The notes beneath the pieces were generated by a model that saw only the letters and a list, made by a program, of their open reading frames with translations, was not told where the DNA came from and did no database searches. Below are positions 21,597-34,800 of a stretch of 64,000 bases of DNA, one piece after another. Where the stretch lies: positions 152,564 to 216,563 of the IMG/VR virus record IMGVR_UViG_3300035670_000008, one strand, 5' to 3'. Made by a program: the position numbers and the translations under genes. The stretch's first letter is position 1. Every line of letters begins with the position of its first letter.

Positions 21597-22520
21597 ATGC
21601 CGTACTCTATCGGGTTTCACAAATTTAATCCCCCTTACTGGACACCACAAGGTGTTTACAGTGAATCGGGAGCTATCAGTCTGTGGTTGTCTGGAAATAC
21701 AGCTGACAACTATCAGGGAGCGTTGCCAACGACCATTACTAAAGATGGGGCCAATTATGTTTCTGCTTGGTCGAGTAGCTGGGGTGCAGCATTAACAAAT
21801 GCAGGCGGGACTTCTGTAAAACCATACGTTGTAGGCGGCAATAAATATATAACTTTTCCTAACAACACATTCCTAAACGTAGGGCAGGAGATAGTTATTA
21901 ACCCCTTGACGACGTCTAGCCCAGCGAATGATATCGTCGCCTTCTTTTTAGTAATTAGCATAAACGCGGCGTACTTTGGATACAACAAAAGTTGGTCGTT
22001 GCTTACTTCGTATAACCCTGCCGACCCGAATTACTTCCATTCATTTGTGTACCTACAATCCGACTCGACCGACCGGTTCTGGTTTGGTCAACGGGCTCAG
22101 ACATCGACAGCCTCTGGGCAGAATATTCAGAGTCAGATGTATAGTTCTTCTTTGATATTCAATGACAAATACACTCTTATTACCGGCTTTATTAATAACG
22201 ATAGCTCTACTTTCCAAGCGTCATCCTATTTCTATAACGTTGACGGCTATGGAAATCTAGTAAGTCAGACTACCAACATTACAGGAATATCTTCAGCTAA
22301 CTACAGTAACCTGACTGCTACTACTTTAAACACCATTCCTGGTGGGGACGCAACCACGCTGGGGTTAACTGGCTACTTTAACTGCCACGAACTATTACTG
22401 GCTGACCTAACCTACTCCTCTAATTTATTCACAAAGATAGAAGGGTCTATGGCTTGGAAGTACGGTATTCCTTTACCTAATACTCACCCCTACTATAGCT
22501 CTGCTCCTTTACTTGTTTAA
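21597..22520 (+). CDS. Putative fibre-associated adhesin with LamG/concanavalin-like fold
   Basis: SLWL...ITKDGANYVSAW at the start and KIEGSMAWKYGIPLPNTHPY..AP at the end, typical of phage lectin-like fibre modules; Asn/Ser/Thr-rich. Confidence 0.5.
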   Translation: MPYSIGFHKFNPPYWTPQGVYSESGAISLWLSGNTADNYQGALPTTITKDGANYVSAWSSSWGAALTNAGGTSVKPYVVGGNKYITFPNNTFLNVGQEIVINPLTTSSPANDIVAFFLVISINAAYFGYNKSWSLLTSYNPADPNYFHSFVYLQSDSTDRFWFGQRAQTSTASGQNIQSQMYSSSLIFNDKYTLITGFINNDSSTFQASSYFYNVDGYGNLVSQTTNITGISSANYSNLTATTLNTIPGGDATTLGLTGYFNCHELLLADLTYSSNLFTKIEGSMAWKYGIPLPNTHPYYSSAPLLV

Positions 22521-22525
22521 TTATT

Positions 22526-23332
22526 ATGACTGTATCTCCGATTGTTATACTAGGTGACCAATTTACAGGGAGTGGCTCCGACGACACCACCCAAAGCTTC
22601 CGTAAGTATAATAGCCATATACACTCCGTCGTCCGGGTGCCAGACTTTTTAGCCTACGACGTGGCTTTAGGAGATGAGGTATACCTCTATGATGTTAACG
22701 ACAGATTAGTTGTAGATGAGATTACCGCCCCCACAATTAGTTATCTATCTTCGTCGGAGCTGCGCATCTCAACGACGTTTAATCAGTCGTTGTCTAACAC
22801 GGTTCTTTATGTTAAAGCGCCTAAGGAAGAACCTCAGAATGCTGTGTTAATCACCGGAGTTGATATTGAGCAAGGCTCGAATCTAATTCGATTTAACCCC
22901 GCGTCAGCTAATGGTTTTGCCAGCACTGCACAGATAATCAGTCTATCCACCGACCAACACAACCACGTTTTTGCTATTCCTTCTGGTGTTGTGAATTATG
23001 AATATCCAGTGGTCTTTCCTTCTGCCAACAAGAGCTGGGTTAAGTCTTTATCTATCTCGCTTCACCATGGCACAGGTACTTTCCATTTGATAGCTAAGCG
23101 AGGAAGCACGGAACAGATACTAGCTAACATTGGAATCAACGACCCAGGCATTGTTTATAAGACCGACCTAACTGAGGACGAAATAGCTGACTCCTCTTTG
23201 GTATACCCTTCTGGATTGATGACAAAGGCCTTAGACGCCGATACTTATCTGAATTTCAAGGTTATTAGGACTGAACCTACCATGAGCTATGTTGTAGTTA
23301 GCATGTCCTTGGAAATACAGAAAGTAATATAA
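22526..23332 (+). CDS. Hypothetical virion-module protein
   Basis: 268-aa beta-rich ORF in the operon. Confidence 0.6.
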   Translation: MTVSPIVILGDQFTGSGSDDTTQSFRKYNSHIHSVVRVPDFLAYDVALGDEVYLYDVNDRLVVDEITAPTISYLSSSELRISTTFNQSLSNTVLYVKAPKEEPQNAVLITGVDIEQGSNLIRFNPASANGFASTAQIISLSTDQHNHVFAIPSGVVNYEYPVVFPSANKSWVKSLSISLHHGTGTFHLIAKRGSTEQILANIGINDPGIVYKTDLTEDEIADSSLVYPSGLMTKALDADTYLNFKVIRTEPTMSYVVVSMSLEIQKVI

Positions 23333-25114
23333 GTGGCTTTAGCTGACGGCAATTTAGATTTCGAGGGGTTCTTTACAGGTCTAGCCCAAGACTTGGAGAT
23401 GCAATTCTCTTCAAGTCTTGCGGCTACGAATATCATCGACTTCCTAGAGAACGAAGTGGATCAGGTCAGTTGGTTAGGTGAAGGTGGTAGTTTAACCCCG
23501 CAACAAATCACACTACTGAAGATATACGACGGGCTGGAGCTAGATGAAGAGGAGTTAGCTTTAGTTGAGGCTTGGAAAGCGCTAGACCGCACGACCTACG
23601 ATTTTGAACTAGGCCCTCGCAGACGACAAGCCTTCGTTATGGAAGCAGGTAGAAATGCGTCTAAGACGTTTATAGGTTCTATCATTTTAGGATACGAGTG
23701 GTACAAGCTTTGTATGATGTCAAATCCCCAGGCGTTCTTCAGGATTGCGGCGTCCACTCTTATCTCCATTTACTGTTTAGCCCCGGCAGCTACCCAAACG
23801 AAGAAGACTATCTTTGGTCAATCGAGAGCCTTCCTTAATTACATCCCCAAGATTAAACGTTTAATAGACAATAAGAGTATTATCGTCGGGGAAGAAGAAA
23901 TCAAATATCCAGAGAAGCTACTGTACGTCTATGCCGGGAACAGTAAAGGTAGCACTCAGGTGGGAAGCCGTGTGATCCTAATGGTAATGGACGAGGTCGC
24001 CCGCTTTGAGTCTAAAGACGGAGACTCCAACGCATTAGAACTGTGGTCTAACGTGGGTGTGTCCGGGATTACCTTTGGTGAGCACGCCCGGCGGGTGGCC
24101 ATCTCGTCTGCTTGGGAAGAAGGGGATGCTATCCAGAAGCTATGGAATGCTTCTAAGCTAGAGGATTCTTGGATCGGCTTCCGCTTCCGTACTTGGGATG
24201 TTAACCCCAAGATGGACAGGGATAACCCTATTATTGCAGCGGAGTATAACCTAGACGCTGCCCACGCCAAGCTTGAGTTTGAGGGTGACCGGTCGGCGAA
24301 CGCCTACTCATTCTTCCACGAAACGGAGGTTCACCGGGCCTTCAGAGGTAGAGTTGAGTGCGACATCCAAAGGGTTGATTATGGGGATGACCTCATCCGG
24401 CTGAAGGTCAACTCGGTGGTACCCGCTACCTATTTAACGTATATGCACCTCGACCCTGCTGTGGTGAGAGATGCCTATGCGATGGCGTTTGGCCATGGGA
24501 CTACAGACTCAGATGGACGTAAGGTCGTTGTGATTGACGGACTGGCCGCTTGGGAGCCGAAGCCTGGCCAAGCAGTAAGCTTACTCAACGTCTACGACAT
24601 CATCTATGGGGTTCACACCCAACGTCCGCTGTATAAGGTTACTACAGACCATGCACAACAAGCTGAGACGATTCAACGGCTGCGGATGAATGGGTTGAAC
24701 GCGAGTAGCATTTTCTTCTCCAATCGTATGCAGGTGGAGATATACGACGCTACTAGGAAGCTACTTCATGAGAACCGATTGATTTTACCTAAAGACTCTC
24801 CCTGGACGAACCTCCTTAAGCTAGAGATGATGACGGTTCAGTATGACCAACAAAAAGGTAAGATTTACCATAATGCGGACAGCTCGAAGGATTTAATTGA
24901 CTGCGTATGTTCTGTGGTCTGGCATATTGCAGGCAACCAAACAGGCACAGGTAACTCCGTTGTGGTCAACCGGAAGTCTAGACTAGGCAACAATCCTATT
25001 GACCGGTTTAGCCGTATAGAAGACGAAGACAGCTTCCAGACGAGCCGCCGAGAGTTGGTGTCTTCACTACGGAGCGGAGCGTCAGCCTCGTTGTTTGAAG
25101 AGTACGACTTCTAG
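23333..25114 (+). CDS. terL: Terminase large subunit
   Basis: Walker A-like AGRNASKT, Walker B ILMVMDE, motif III ISSA, RNase H-fold nuclease motifs YMHLDPA...DAYA and SKDLIDC; GTG start. Confidence 0.88.
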   Translation: MALADGNLDFEGFFTGLAQDLEMQFSSSLAATNIIDFLENEVDQVSWLGEGGSLTPQQITLLKIYDGLELDEEELALVEAWKALDRTTYDFELGPRRRQAFVMEAGRNASKTFIGSIILGYEWYKLCMMSNPQAFFRIAASTLISIYCLAPAATQTKKTIFGQSRAFLNYIPKIKRLIDNKSIIVGEEEIKYPEKLLYVYAGNSKGSTQVGSRVILMVMDEVARFESKDGDSNALELWSNVGVSGITFGEHARRVAISSAWEEGDAIQKLWNASKLEDSWIGFRFRTWDVNPKMDRDNPIIAAEYNLDAAHAKLEFEGDRSANAYSFFHETEVHRAFRGRVECDIQRVDYGDDLIRLKVNSVVPATYLTYMHLDPAVVRDAYAMAFGHGTTDSDGRKVVVIDGLAAWEPKPGQAVSLLNVYDIIYGVHTQRPLYKVTTDHAQQAETIQRLRMNGLNASSIFFSNRMQVEIYDATRKLLHENRLILPKDSPWTNLLKLEMMTVQYDQQKGKIYHNADSSKDLIDCVCSVVWHIAGNQTGTGNSVVVNRKSRLGNNPIDRFSRIEDEDSFQTSRRELVSSLRSGASASLFEEYDF

Positions 25115-25150
25115 CCACTAGGTTAGAGGTAGCTACCTCAGTACTAGACT

Positions 25151-25807
25151 ATGCCTAACGAGTCCAACCCTTATAGCCCTATACTACCGCCGCCGCAACC
25201 AAGTATTTGGCCTGCTACCTCTGAGGCTGAGATTCTTCAGACTGTCGAGACTCGATTAACCTATACACCGATTATTGTTCAGTTTGTACCCCCAATTCTT
25301 GACGCTGACAGTTCACCTTATACGGACAAACAACGTAAGCGTCGCTACGCCCTTAGAATTACTACGCCACCTAGCAACCGACCAGGAGAGTGGCAGTATA
25401 TCCCTGACAGCTACTACTATGAAATCCCAGAGGACGGGCTGCTTAGATTGCAGCTGGTGCCTTCCGACCGGTATCTACCAATCGGGCGTTACGTTGTAGA
25501 ATACTTCCGTATAGGTAAGCGGCTGCCCGTGTTGACCCAGCGGTGGATTGTTCCGAAGCCGCCGCCACTAGGCACCTTTGCATTTAACTACGAACTTCAA
25601 CCACCGGTGTTACCAATAGATGTCTGGAAAGTCACTAGCGTCTCCGCAGGTACGGAGTGGGTATCTAACTACAATTCCCTGACTTGGGGTACACCTCCTG
25701 CTGTAGGAGAAGTTGTTAATGTCAAATATCAGCGAGCTCTCACTTTAGATAAACTTATAGACTACGGTATCAATAACTTTAAAGAAACGGATCGGGTGCG
25801 CTATTAA
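25151..25807 (+). CDS. Hypothetical Pro-rich protein
   Basis: 218-aa ORF ending 2 nt before the giant gene. Confidence 0.65.
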   Translation: MPNESNPYSPILPPPQPSIWPATSEAEILQTVETRLTYTPIIVQFVPPILDADSSPYTDKQRKRRYALRITTPPSNRPGEWQYIPDSYYYEIPEDGLLRLQLVPSDRYLPIGRYVVEYFRIGKRLPVLTQRWIVPKPPPLGTFAFNYELQPPVLPIDVWKVTSVSAGTEWVSNYNSLTWGTPPAVGEVVNVKYQRALTLDKLIDYGINNFKETDRVRY

Positions 25808-25809
25808 AC

Positions 25810-28800
25810 ATGGCTATCGATTACATCGACGCGGTTGGCGGTAGACTCTCTGTTAAGCTTGAGAGCTCGCACCTAAACGAGTCTGCCGGTAATATGTCTA
25901 TCGGCGGTCAAGTCGAGCGCACTAAGGAAGACCCGTATGGTGTCGTTTCCTACATGCACGATACGAACAGGCTGGCTCGCTTTGTAGACGGCCTGCGGGA
26001 TATTGAAGTCATTCAGTTCGCAGCTCCGTTCAACAACATCCAACGTTCCGTTAGCCCCTCCCCAAATCCTTTAAGCAATATGCTGGAGGGGGCATACAAC
26101 AGCGCGAAATGGATGCAGGCACTGTTCCCTTCAGAAGTCAGTATGTTAATGAAGACTAAACAACTGAAGTCTTTGGAGACTGACCTCACTAACTTTGACA
26201 GTACTGTCCAGAATCCTATTAAACTATACGAAGCGAGAGAAGCATTACTTAACAACCAGATTCAAGCCAAGTACCATAAGAACAAGGATGGATCTTTCCC
26301 GGAAGTTACCGGGGCACAACTAGACCGTCTGCAGCACTCGAAGTTGTTAGAAGGTTTATACTCTAAGGAGAAACAAGCCCAACTACAAGCGGAGTTCAAA
26401 GAAAAAGGGTTTAACGTACAGGCCCCTACTGGAAAAGTACAAACAACCACAGCAATGTTTACCGATACCTCCTTTCTAGGGATATCGATTACAGGTTCTG
26501 GTGGAGCTTTAGGTAGCTACGAAGACTACACCTTAGGGTTTGAGAATCCGAATATCATTCGAGACTTAGCCTACTTTAGAGAAAACAAATCGACCATTGA
26601 TTACTACGAGCGAGAGCCCGTCCCCGGCGTTACGATTACAGGTAACCTCTCTATTTATAAGAAGCGGGTTGAAGCTTTAAGAGAAGCTAATGAGATTCAG
26701 CGCATCTTGGGGAAAGGTAAAGATGGATTGTTTGTCTACGTCGCCTCCCCTTCTATGGACTGGAATGAGCAACCACGGGAGCATAACTACCGGGACACTA
26801 TCCAGAGGAAGAACGTAGGTGCCTACATTAAGGAGCTGCAGAAAACTGGAACCCAGGGCATCTTAAGTTTAGGGATTGACAAGAAGCGGATTAACATCCC
26901 TGCTGGAGAGAAGACTAAACTTCTACAGAACGCTTACATTGGTGACTCTAGGTCTGGCCGGCGAGACCACGGAAACATGCAGTATATTAACTTGCGAGGT
27001 ACACCGAAAGACCGGATTAGCAAAGAGGCTCAAGAGGAGCTAGCCCGTAAAGGTCTACTGGACAAGGCGGTCAAAGGTATCTCTACTTTATCCATCGGAC
27101 AGTACCGGATTGTTGGGGACGAGTCGATTAACCAAGAGACGACCATCGATTTAAACAAAGTTAGTCCCGCGTATAGGGAGGCAGCAGAAGGTATTGCTCA
27201 AGGCAGCATCGGCGGGAAGAACTTCTACCAACTTAGGAAGGACGTAGCTAAGGAAGGTATTGCCGGCGCGCTGCTCCAAGAGTTTTACACTCCTACGTTT
27301 AGCGACCGGCAGAAGCGGGGCTGGGAGCAAGAAGGGTTGCTACCTAATATGCCGCTGTCTATGCCCGCCTCGTTCTTTAGATACTTCGAGCCGGGAACCA
27401 AAACCCGTATCTACACAGACCGCTTTAAAGCGCTAACCGGTTACCGCCCAGAAGGTGCTCAGGGCTACGTTCTTCGTACTTTAGATGAAAAACTTAGCGA
27501 CCCTGGGTTGGGCAACCAAATCAACTATATGTTCCGCCAGCGGGACTTGTACGAGGTGGGTAAAGGCGCGGTAGGAACATTAGCCGCGGGTGTAGGCCGG
27601 TTTATAGACACAGCCACTGGCTTCTACACTATGCAGACTATTAAGGCTCGGGAGTCTGGGCAACTTAGCGGCTCGTTACGCAAGCTGTATGAATCTAGAC
27701 AGCGAGACCCTTATGAACAGACTGAGAAGAGAGGCTTTTTCGAGAATCTTACTACTAAAGCTGTGGCTATCACTGGCTCTACTGCTACAGCTATGGCGTC
27801 TTACTTTGGGGTGACTCATGCTTATACGATGGCAAAAGCGGCGGTAGAGCAGGTTGGTGTGGACTATGTGCTTGACTCCATCGCCTCCGGGAAGGTCGGC
27901 GGAGCCAGTAAGTTATTTCTAGAACAACTCTTGGATGAATCTCATAGTAATTTGATTACCGGAGCTAACATCATTTATAACGCGGAGTCCGGTGCCCTCC
28001 GCACTATTGAGAACACAGGGAAGGCACTAGACGAGTACTTTGACTTGTCGACTCGGTCTAGTCTAAAAGCGCTTCAATTAGACGACGAGCTGGTCGATGA
28101 AGTCGTTAAGGAGTCTGATTTCATTGGTGGGATTAGAGGAAAAGGGATAGCCGCGCCGACGGAGCAGCAAGCTGTGCTTAATCTCATTGGCGAGCTAGAC
28201 ACCTCTGCCGCAGCTAGAGATAACACCGTAGCCGGGTTGGTTACTAAGAAACTAGAAGCTCGGTTAGCTGAGTTTGCTAAGAGACCTGGCACTGCGACTG
28301 GGGCGAAGCCACCAGCAGGTGAAATCAGGGGTTGGGTAACCGAAATCTATAAAGAGCTAGGAATCCACCGCGATGCTGGAACTATTGACTTAGGGCGTGG
28401 GGTAGACCACCCAACCATTGCCGCTAGAGTCCAGCAACCAGCGGGCTTCGTCAACATCGCCTCTGTCCGCCGTATGGATACTGGCAACCTCCATAATATG
28501 TTTATCCCTCTTCTGGACGAGGTTGTATTTGACAAAAATAACCAGCAGTACCGAACAGCAAAAGAGAACTTACTCCGGCTGGCTAAGGCCTCACCGATAC
28601 TGTCTTATAAACAAACCGCAAATAACTTATCAGCTGCTTCTGACCTTAAAATCTACAACTACGGCTACGAACGTATCCGACAACTAGCCGAGGTGTTTGA
28701 CGAACTAGCAGAACAACTCCCGGCTAACCCGTTGATGTGGATTAAGCCTATTCGTCAAGTCTTCATGGCTAATCCACTAACTGGAGGTCAAACCCGACAC

Positions 28801-31800
28801 AGCATCGAGGGTGGGGCGGAGACAACCTTAAGGTACACCTTTAAAGATTTGATTGGTCCTGGCTTCACTGGGTTAATTAACCTCCAAGGACAGATTACCC
28901 GGGAGCTCGTTAATATTAACAAGGTAGGGTTAGGGAAGCACCTGGAAGGTGGGTTCGACCTTATTAAACAAAGCAAGGAGCTTGTTCAGTCACAGAGTCA
29001 GTTAGTCGCTATCATCCAACAGTCCAACTCTGCTCAACAAGCAGTAGAGATGCTGGAAGGTTTTAACATAGGCGGCAATCTTACGGAACTTGGCGCCCGC
29101 AAAGAGTTTATCAGGAAGCAGAGTCGGTATGATGTCCTTCTCAGAGACCGCCGCCGGGACTACGAGGAGCTGTTAAAACAAGAGGGCGGCAATCCAGCCT
29201 TCAGTGGTTTAAGGAAAGGGTTGTTAGGTATCGGGACGGTACTGTTAGTAGACCGGCTGTTTGACACGTTCGTAATGCGTCCACAGGGGGTAGACCTCTT
29301 TGACAGTATTCTGTCGGATGTAATTGGCAGCCGCTCACCTGCAGTAGAAGGGCGAGAAGGAGACGCGGCCTTCCAATCGCTGTACGACACGGAATATAGT
29401 AACGCGTTGCCTAACATCGTTAAGTACCCGTCAGCTGCCGCAGGGTTCTTCATCGGTGGCCATATGTTCCCTAGCTACGAAGTAGCAGAGAGCAGTATCT
29501 ACACAGCGATGCGCTCCAAGTATGGTGAGCTAGGTGAGGCAGCTCTGTCTGGTACTAAGTTCACGCTGCAAGCTGAGGGTGACCGGGCTATAGCACTAGG
29601 TATTAATAAGCAGATTATCAAAACTAAGTTCGGTACGGCTGGGGCACTTCTAGGGGCCAGTGCTGCCTTGATTGGGTCTCAGTTATTAGCTAACTACGTG
29701 GCAGATGTAGCTAAGCCCGCAGTCAGAGGGTTTGATAATCTAGCCAGTTTAGCTACAGGTGTTTTCACTGGGCAATGGGGACGCTGGAGAGAGCCAGAAA
29801 GCGGGTTGGACGTTGACCCAGTGAAGGGCAGCGCCGCATCTGTGTTAGCTAAGTTAGTTCACTACAGTGTTCGAGGCCAAGCCAAAGGTTATAGAAAAGG
29901 CGGGCTTGTTACTGCGGAGCAGAAGACAGATACCTACTTGTTAGGGCTAACTGCTCAAAGCATGATGCAGTCAGACAGTAAGCCTCCTCAACTGTTTTAC
30001 TCTTTTGCTACCCAGATTGCTTCTCCCTTCTTCCAGTTCGCTTCGGTAGGTAAAGTAGACCCGGCCAAGAACACTATCAATCTCAACGCGGGGCTTCAGT
30101 TATTCCCGTTGTTGGGCGCTGGTTTAATGCTCCCGTCTCCACTAACACCAAAGGTAACTTATACCTCAGCGTTACCGACGAGGATGGTTGCCAACTACCT
30201 CAAGAAGTACCACGAAGGCGTTCGTTATCGATACGAACCGAACACCCTTGGGGAGATTCAAGAGCGGGAAGCTTTCCACCGGATGGAGGAGATTAATAAG
30301 CTGTCCTCAATGATGCTTGGTGGTGGAGTCAATCTTTCATTAGATACAAAGCCCTTAGTCTACCTAGCTATGTTAGGTGGGCTGCGAGACTTATCTGAAT
30401 CCAGTCTCGCCGCGTTTGAGCAAATGCAGGTAAATAACCGTGACCTGTCCCCAGATAAAGCGACTAAACTTTATAAAGAGTTGTCGAACTACGAGACATT
30501 ATTCCATGCCGGCAGAACTGGGTTTAACGTATTAGACACGATGTCTCGGGCGGCTTACTCCCTCCCGATGGTGATGCCGAACTACCTAGTTAAGTCGGCG
30601 ACTACACTACTTGGTGGCGCAGGACGTACCCAACATATCCTCGGCCCTATGGCCCGCCGAGCTAGCCCTTACCTCTTGGCTTTCGGTATCTTGGGGGCTT
30701 CGTTCCGCTTCAACGATAAAGCAATGGAATCGGAGCTGGTAACCTACGCAGACCTCCAGAAGCTCTTCAAGACGGGACAGTACGAAGGGCTCAACCAAAA
30801 ACTGATTGAGTCTCAAGGCATTAATCTTACCCAGACCGTAATTGGTTCTGCTTTATTAGGAGCTGCTATTTCCTCCTCTGGAGCCTTTGAGTCTGTCAGG
30901 AACTTTGGAGCTGCCTACGACCGGGTTCAGAAAATAACTGAGCAAGGAGGCCGGGCAGGATACATTGACCGCCAGAAACATAAGCTGTATAGCATGTGGA
31001 TGGAACACCTAGCTGAGAAGGGCACCGTTGGGCTACCCCTCGAGAGCGGGGTGGATTTAGTTATTGAGAGTATCAACACCCCATCGAAAGCTAGTGAGGC
31101 CTACGAGCAGATTTCTCGTAGACTGGTCGAGCCTGCCGAAGCAACCTTACAAACGCGACTCAGAGACCGTCAGTTAATTGAAGCCGCCCGGGAGATTGAT
31201 ATTCCTTTGGTTCGGACGATGCCAACTCGGTTAGGAATGTTAGCTCGACGAGTAGCTCCACTTGTGGTGGGCGCGATGGTAGTTAGCCAGATGTTGGCTA
31301 CGACGGATGGGTTTAAGCAGTCGCCTTGGATGTCTCTCATAAGAAACTTGACTGATACTGGTGCTGGTGATTTGTCAGCTGAGCAACGAGCGATGCTTAC
31401 TAAGCTAGGTATTAAGGAGCCGAAGTACCGACCCAAAGATTTAGGTCAAAGCTTCCGTAACATAGCGGATTATCTGGTCGGTGCTGCGATGACCCCCTTT
31501 GGAGGTAACACCTTTGGGCTCTACCAAGACAATCCAAACCCATTCAGCCCTATCCTAGGCCCGCTCGGGGTGTCTCTTGGTAGCCAGGATGACGTCCGTC
31601 CTTACCTTCAGTCTCAGTCGGTAGCCGCGGATATTAGTGGTTCGCTTTATCTCTTACCTGCAATGAGCGCTGGCATCTCAGAGGCGATGAACTTAGGGCC
31701 TCTGCTTAAGTATGCAGGTCAGCTAGAAACCCATCCAAAGGGGTCTCAGATTGCGAGAGCCCTTATTCGTGGTGCTGGATTAAGGACGAGAGCAGCTAAG

Positions 31801-34800
31801 TTCAAGGGCGGGCCTAGTCAACGGGAGATGCGAGCTGCGTCTAGTCCTGAGCTGCAAATGGCTTTGGTAAGGCGCTACGACCGACTGCGTCAACTCAGCT
31901 GGCAGACGGCTGGAGAACATCAATGGGATGTTCTAGCTGAGTTCCATCGGGCAGGTCGGATACTAGGCAATAATCAGAGGGGGACGATTCCAGGTGCTGA
32001 GATGAATGCGACTCGCCCGGCAACGACTATGATTTACGACACGCTGGGTAAACTTCATCTGATACCGGTACTGAATGACGGCACCTTCATTACACCAAGA
32101 AAGAACACGGAAACAGAGCTGCTGAAGTTCTTTAGGAACCTGATGTCTAGTGGCGCTGGTTATGGCCAAGGAGCAGCTGCGGACTTCTCTGCTGACGTGA
32201 CAGACACCCTCATCCGCCGCAGTCAAGACCGTGGCGGCGTGCCTGTACTAAGTTTCTTTAGTGGGCTATTCCAATATGCCTTTAATAGCTTCTATGATAA
32301 GAATACTGAAGAGATAGCGGCAGACTCTAATAACGTTATCGGGGCGGGCCTCATGGCCGGGGCGGCAATTGCCTTAGGTGCTTCGTTTGTTGGTACGACG
32401 TTCGCTACAGGTATACAACTTGTCGGTGCGTTAGCGGCGTTATCAGACCAAGGAAATATTAGTGACGTTCGCTCCAGCATTCGAGACCTCCGCCAAGGTG
32501 TTAAGAAGCGCCTCCGAAGAAGTACATTCTACATTGACCAAACAAACGACCGACTGGTTAGACCAGACGGGCATAATCGCATTCGTGCTTTGAAAGACCA
32601 CAATCTAACCGACGAGGCAGTAGAGCAGATTAACCAAGCACTGACCGGGCAAGGTCGCTACGGCGGTTACAGCCCGGGTAACGCTTTAGAGACTATTATC
32701 GACGCAGACTTACGTACGACGGCTAGCAAACTCGTTAACACTTATCATACAGGCGGCGGGCAGACCATCTCTACCACAGTGGTAGAAGAGGTTGACGCTC
32801 TAATTAAATCTCTAGATACTCAACTGACAGTGGTTGTTGGAGGGCAGCAAATTCATGTCGGAGATTTGCTAACCCCGACTGTAGCCGCGGAGGGAGCTAC
32901 AGAAGCCGTCGTGGCTCACTCGGTTGTTAAAGATAAAGCTCGGTTGAGCACCGAAATCTATGAGGTACTCACCAGTGGTAAATTCAAGGACACCCAACAA
33001 CTAGAGATAGAACGTATTCTCCTCGACCATATCGATCGGGGTCTCGCTGTGACGACCGCAGATGGTCGTTTTGAAGCCGCTCAAGCTACACCCAATGCGT
33101 ATCAACCGGAGGCTGCAGTTAGAGCTGAACAACAAGCCGCGGCCAAGAAAGCTGCGGAACAAGGCGTTCAAACTGTAGAAGCTTATGACCCCTCCGTTGG
33201 TTATTTACGCTCGAAGATACAAGCCAAGGGTTATAGCGGATTAATGGCTGAAGGGGCAGCTGGGGCTATGCGGGCAGCTGGGGAACTAATTAACCTTAAA
33301 GCTTACTACGAAATATTATCCTACACAGCTGCTATGGGCTCGTCTGACGTCTTCGACCGCAGACGATCGACTCAGGCAGCAGCCCAGAACACGATTCAAG
33401 CTTTTGGGATGATTATCCCAATGCAGTATGCTCTTAAAGCCGCTCAAGCAAGTCCTGGGGTGGCTATCACAGCTGCGCTAACCGCTGCGGTAATTGGTGG
33501 GGCTGCTTTAGGGAATAAGCAGGTAAGAGATACTTTAGGGAATATATTCAAGCCGGTCTTTAGCTTCGGGGATAAGTATGTTTATAAGCCAGCGGTTCAA
33601 GGTTTAGCTGGTATATACGACGCGGTAACCACAGCAGCGCCTTTCATCCCTCAAGTCTTGAGACCTATCGCGGCGGTCTTCGATCCTATCTTCAGCAATA
33701 TGCGGTCGGCTGCTGGTAACGACCCAGCCTTAAGTATGTTGGCTAACTTCTTTGTGCCTGAGGGTGTCGAGCAGTTCTACCAGCGTAATGCTGAAATAAA
33801 AGGTCGAACTACGCCGTGGGGAGAAGCGCAGGAGTTTTATTCCAATAAAGAGCTCGGTCAATACTACTTGTCTAAAATGGCGTCTAGGCGGCGGAGAGGG
33901 CGTTCTATTAATGCAGGTATAGACAGCGACCTACTCCACCCCTTCATGCAAGGTAAGCAGGTAGATATTCAGTATATGAATATCTTTGCTGACCGGTATC
34001 TCGGCGGTGATGGCCGAATTATGGAGCAGTTCCAAACCGACCGCCAGATGAGCAACCTACTGTTAATGGCGATCCAACGGCGTCAAGGAATGATCGACCA
34101 GTATGCTGAAGGCTCTTATATGCGGAAGCCTTACACCAAAGAGAATGTTCATCATTACTTCTCTACTGCTTTAGCTTTGTCCAAGTTTAGCTACGCTCAG
34201 ACGGGAAGCTTTATTGAAGCTCCAATTAACCAAGCGGCACGAGGTATAGGTACAACTCTCGGAGCACTCCAGTATGTTAGCGAGTTAATCCCATCAGAGG
34301 TTGGCACAAAGATTAAGCAGGGTACTGTTGGGGCAGGTATCGGCTTTATGGTAGGTGCGCAGTTGAGCCATCTTGGTAAGGACGAGGGTGAGCGCCGTCA
34401 GTACGCAGCAATTGGAGGTTCTGTTGGCGCCACAGTCGGAGGAGCCGGTTCTGTTATCTTGGCACCATCTGCCCAACATCTTGCTCGTCGGGCTTTCGTC
34501 GCGCTTAAGAAAGACAAGACTGTTAGAGCGATCGCTGGTGGTGTAGCGACAGGCGCTAAGTATCTAACTAAGCAAGCTGGTAACGCATTAGGTATGGCAG
34601 GGAGATGGTTAAATAAAGCTGCTCCTTACCTTACGTTTGGTGCGTTGACAACAGCGGCTGTGTACACCAACTATGACTTCCTAGCCAATCTGGTGGATGG
34701 GGATGACCGACATAAAAAAGGTCCACTTTATAATCCTCTACTGAAGATGGGTGTATCTGCCGGCGTAGGCGCTACAACTACCTTACTCGGATTTACCGCA

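Noticed and set aside
259-23332. Extracellular contractile injection system or tailocin instead of a phage
   Set aside because: A terminase large subunit, tRNAs, tmRNA and dense arrays of small phage-type ORFs in the same window indicate a genuine phage genome.
25810-27200. Possible degenerate phospholipase D-like domains at the N-terminus of the giant protein
   Set aside because: Only loose resemblance (HSK, VYVASP, NQE); no intact HxKxxxxD motif; needs a profile search.
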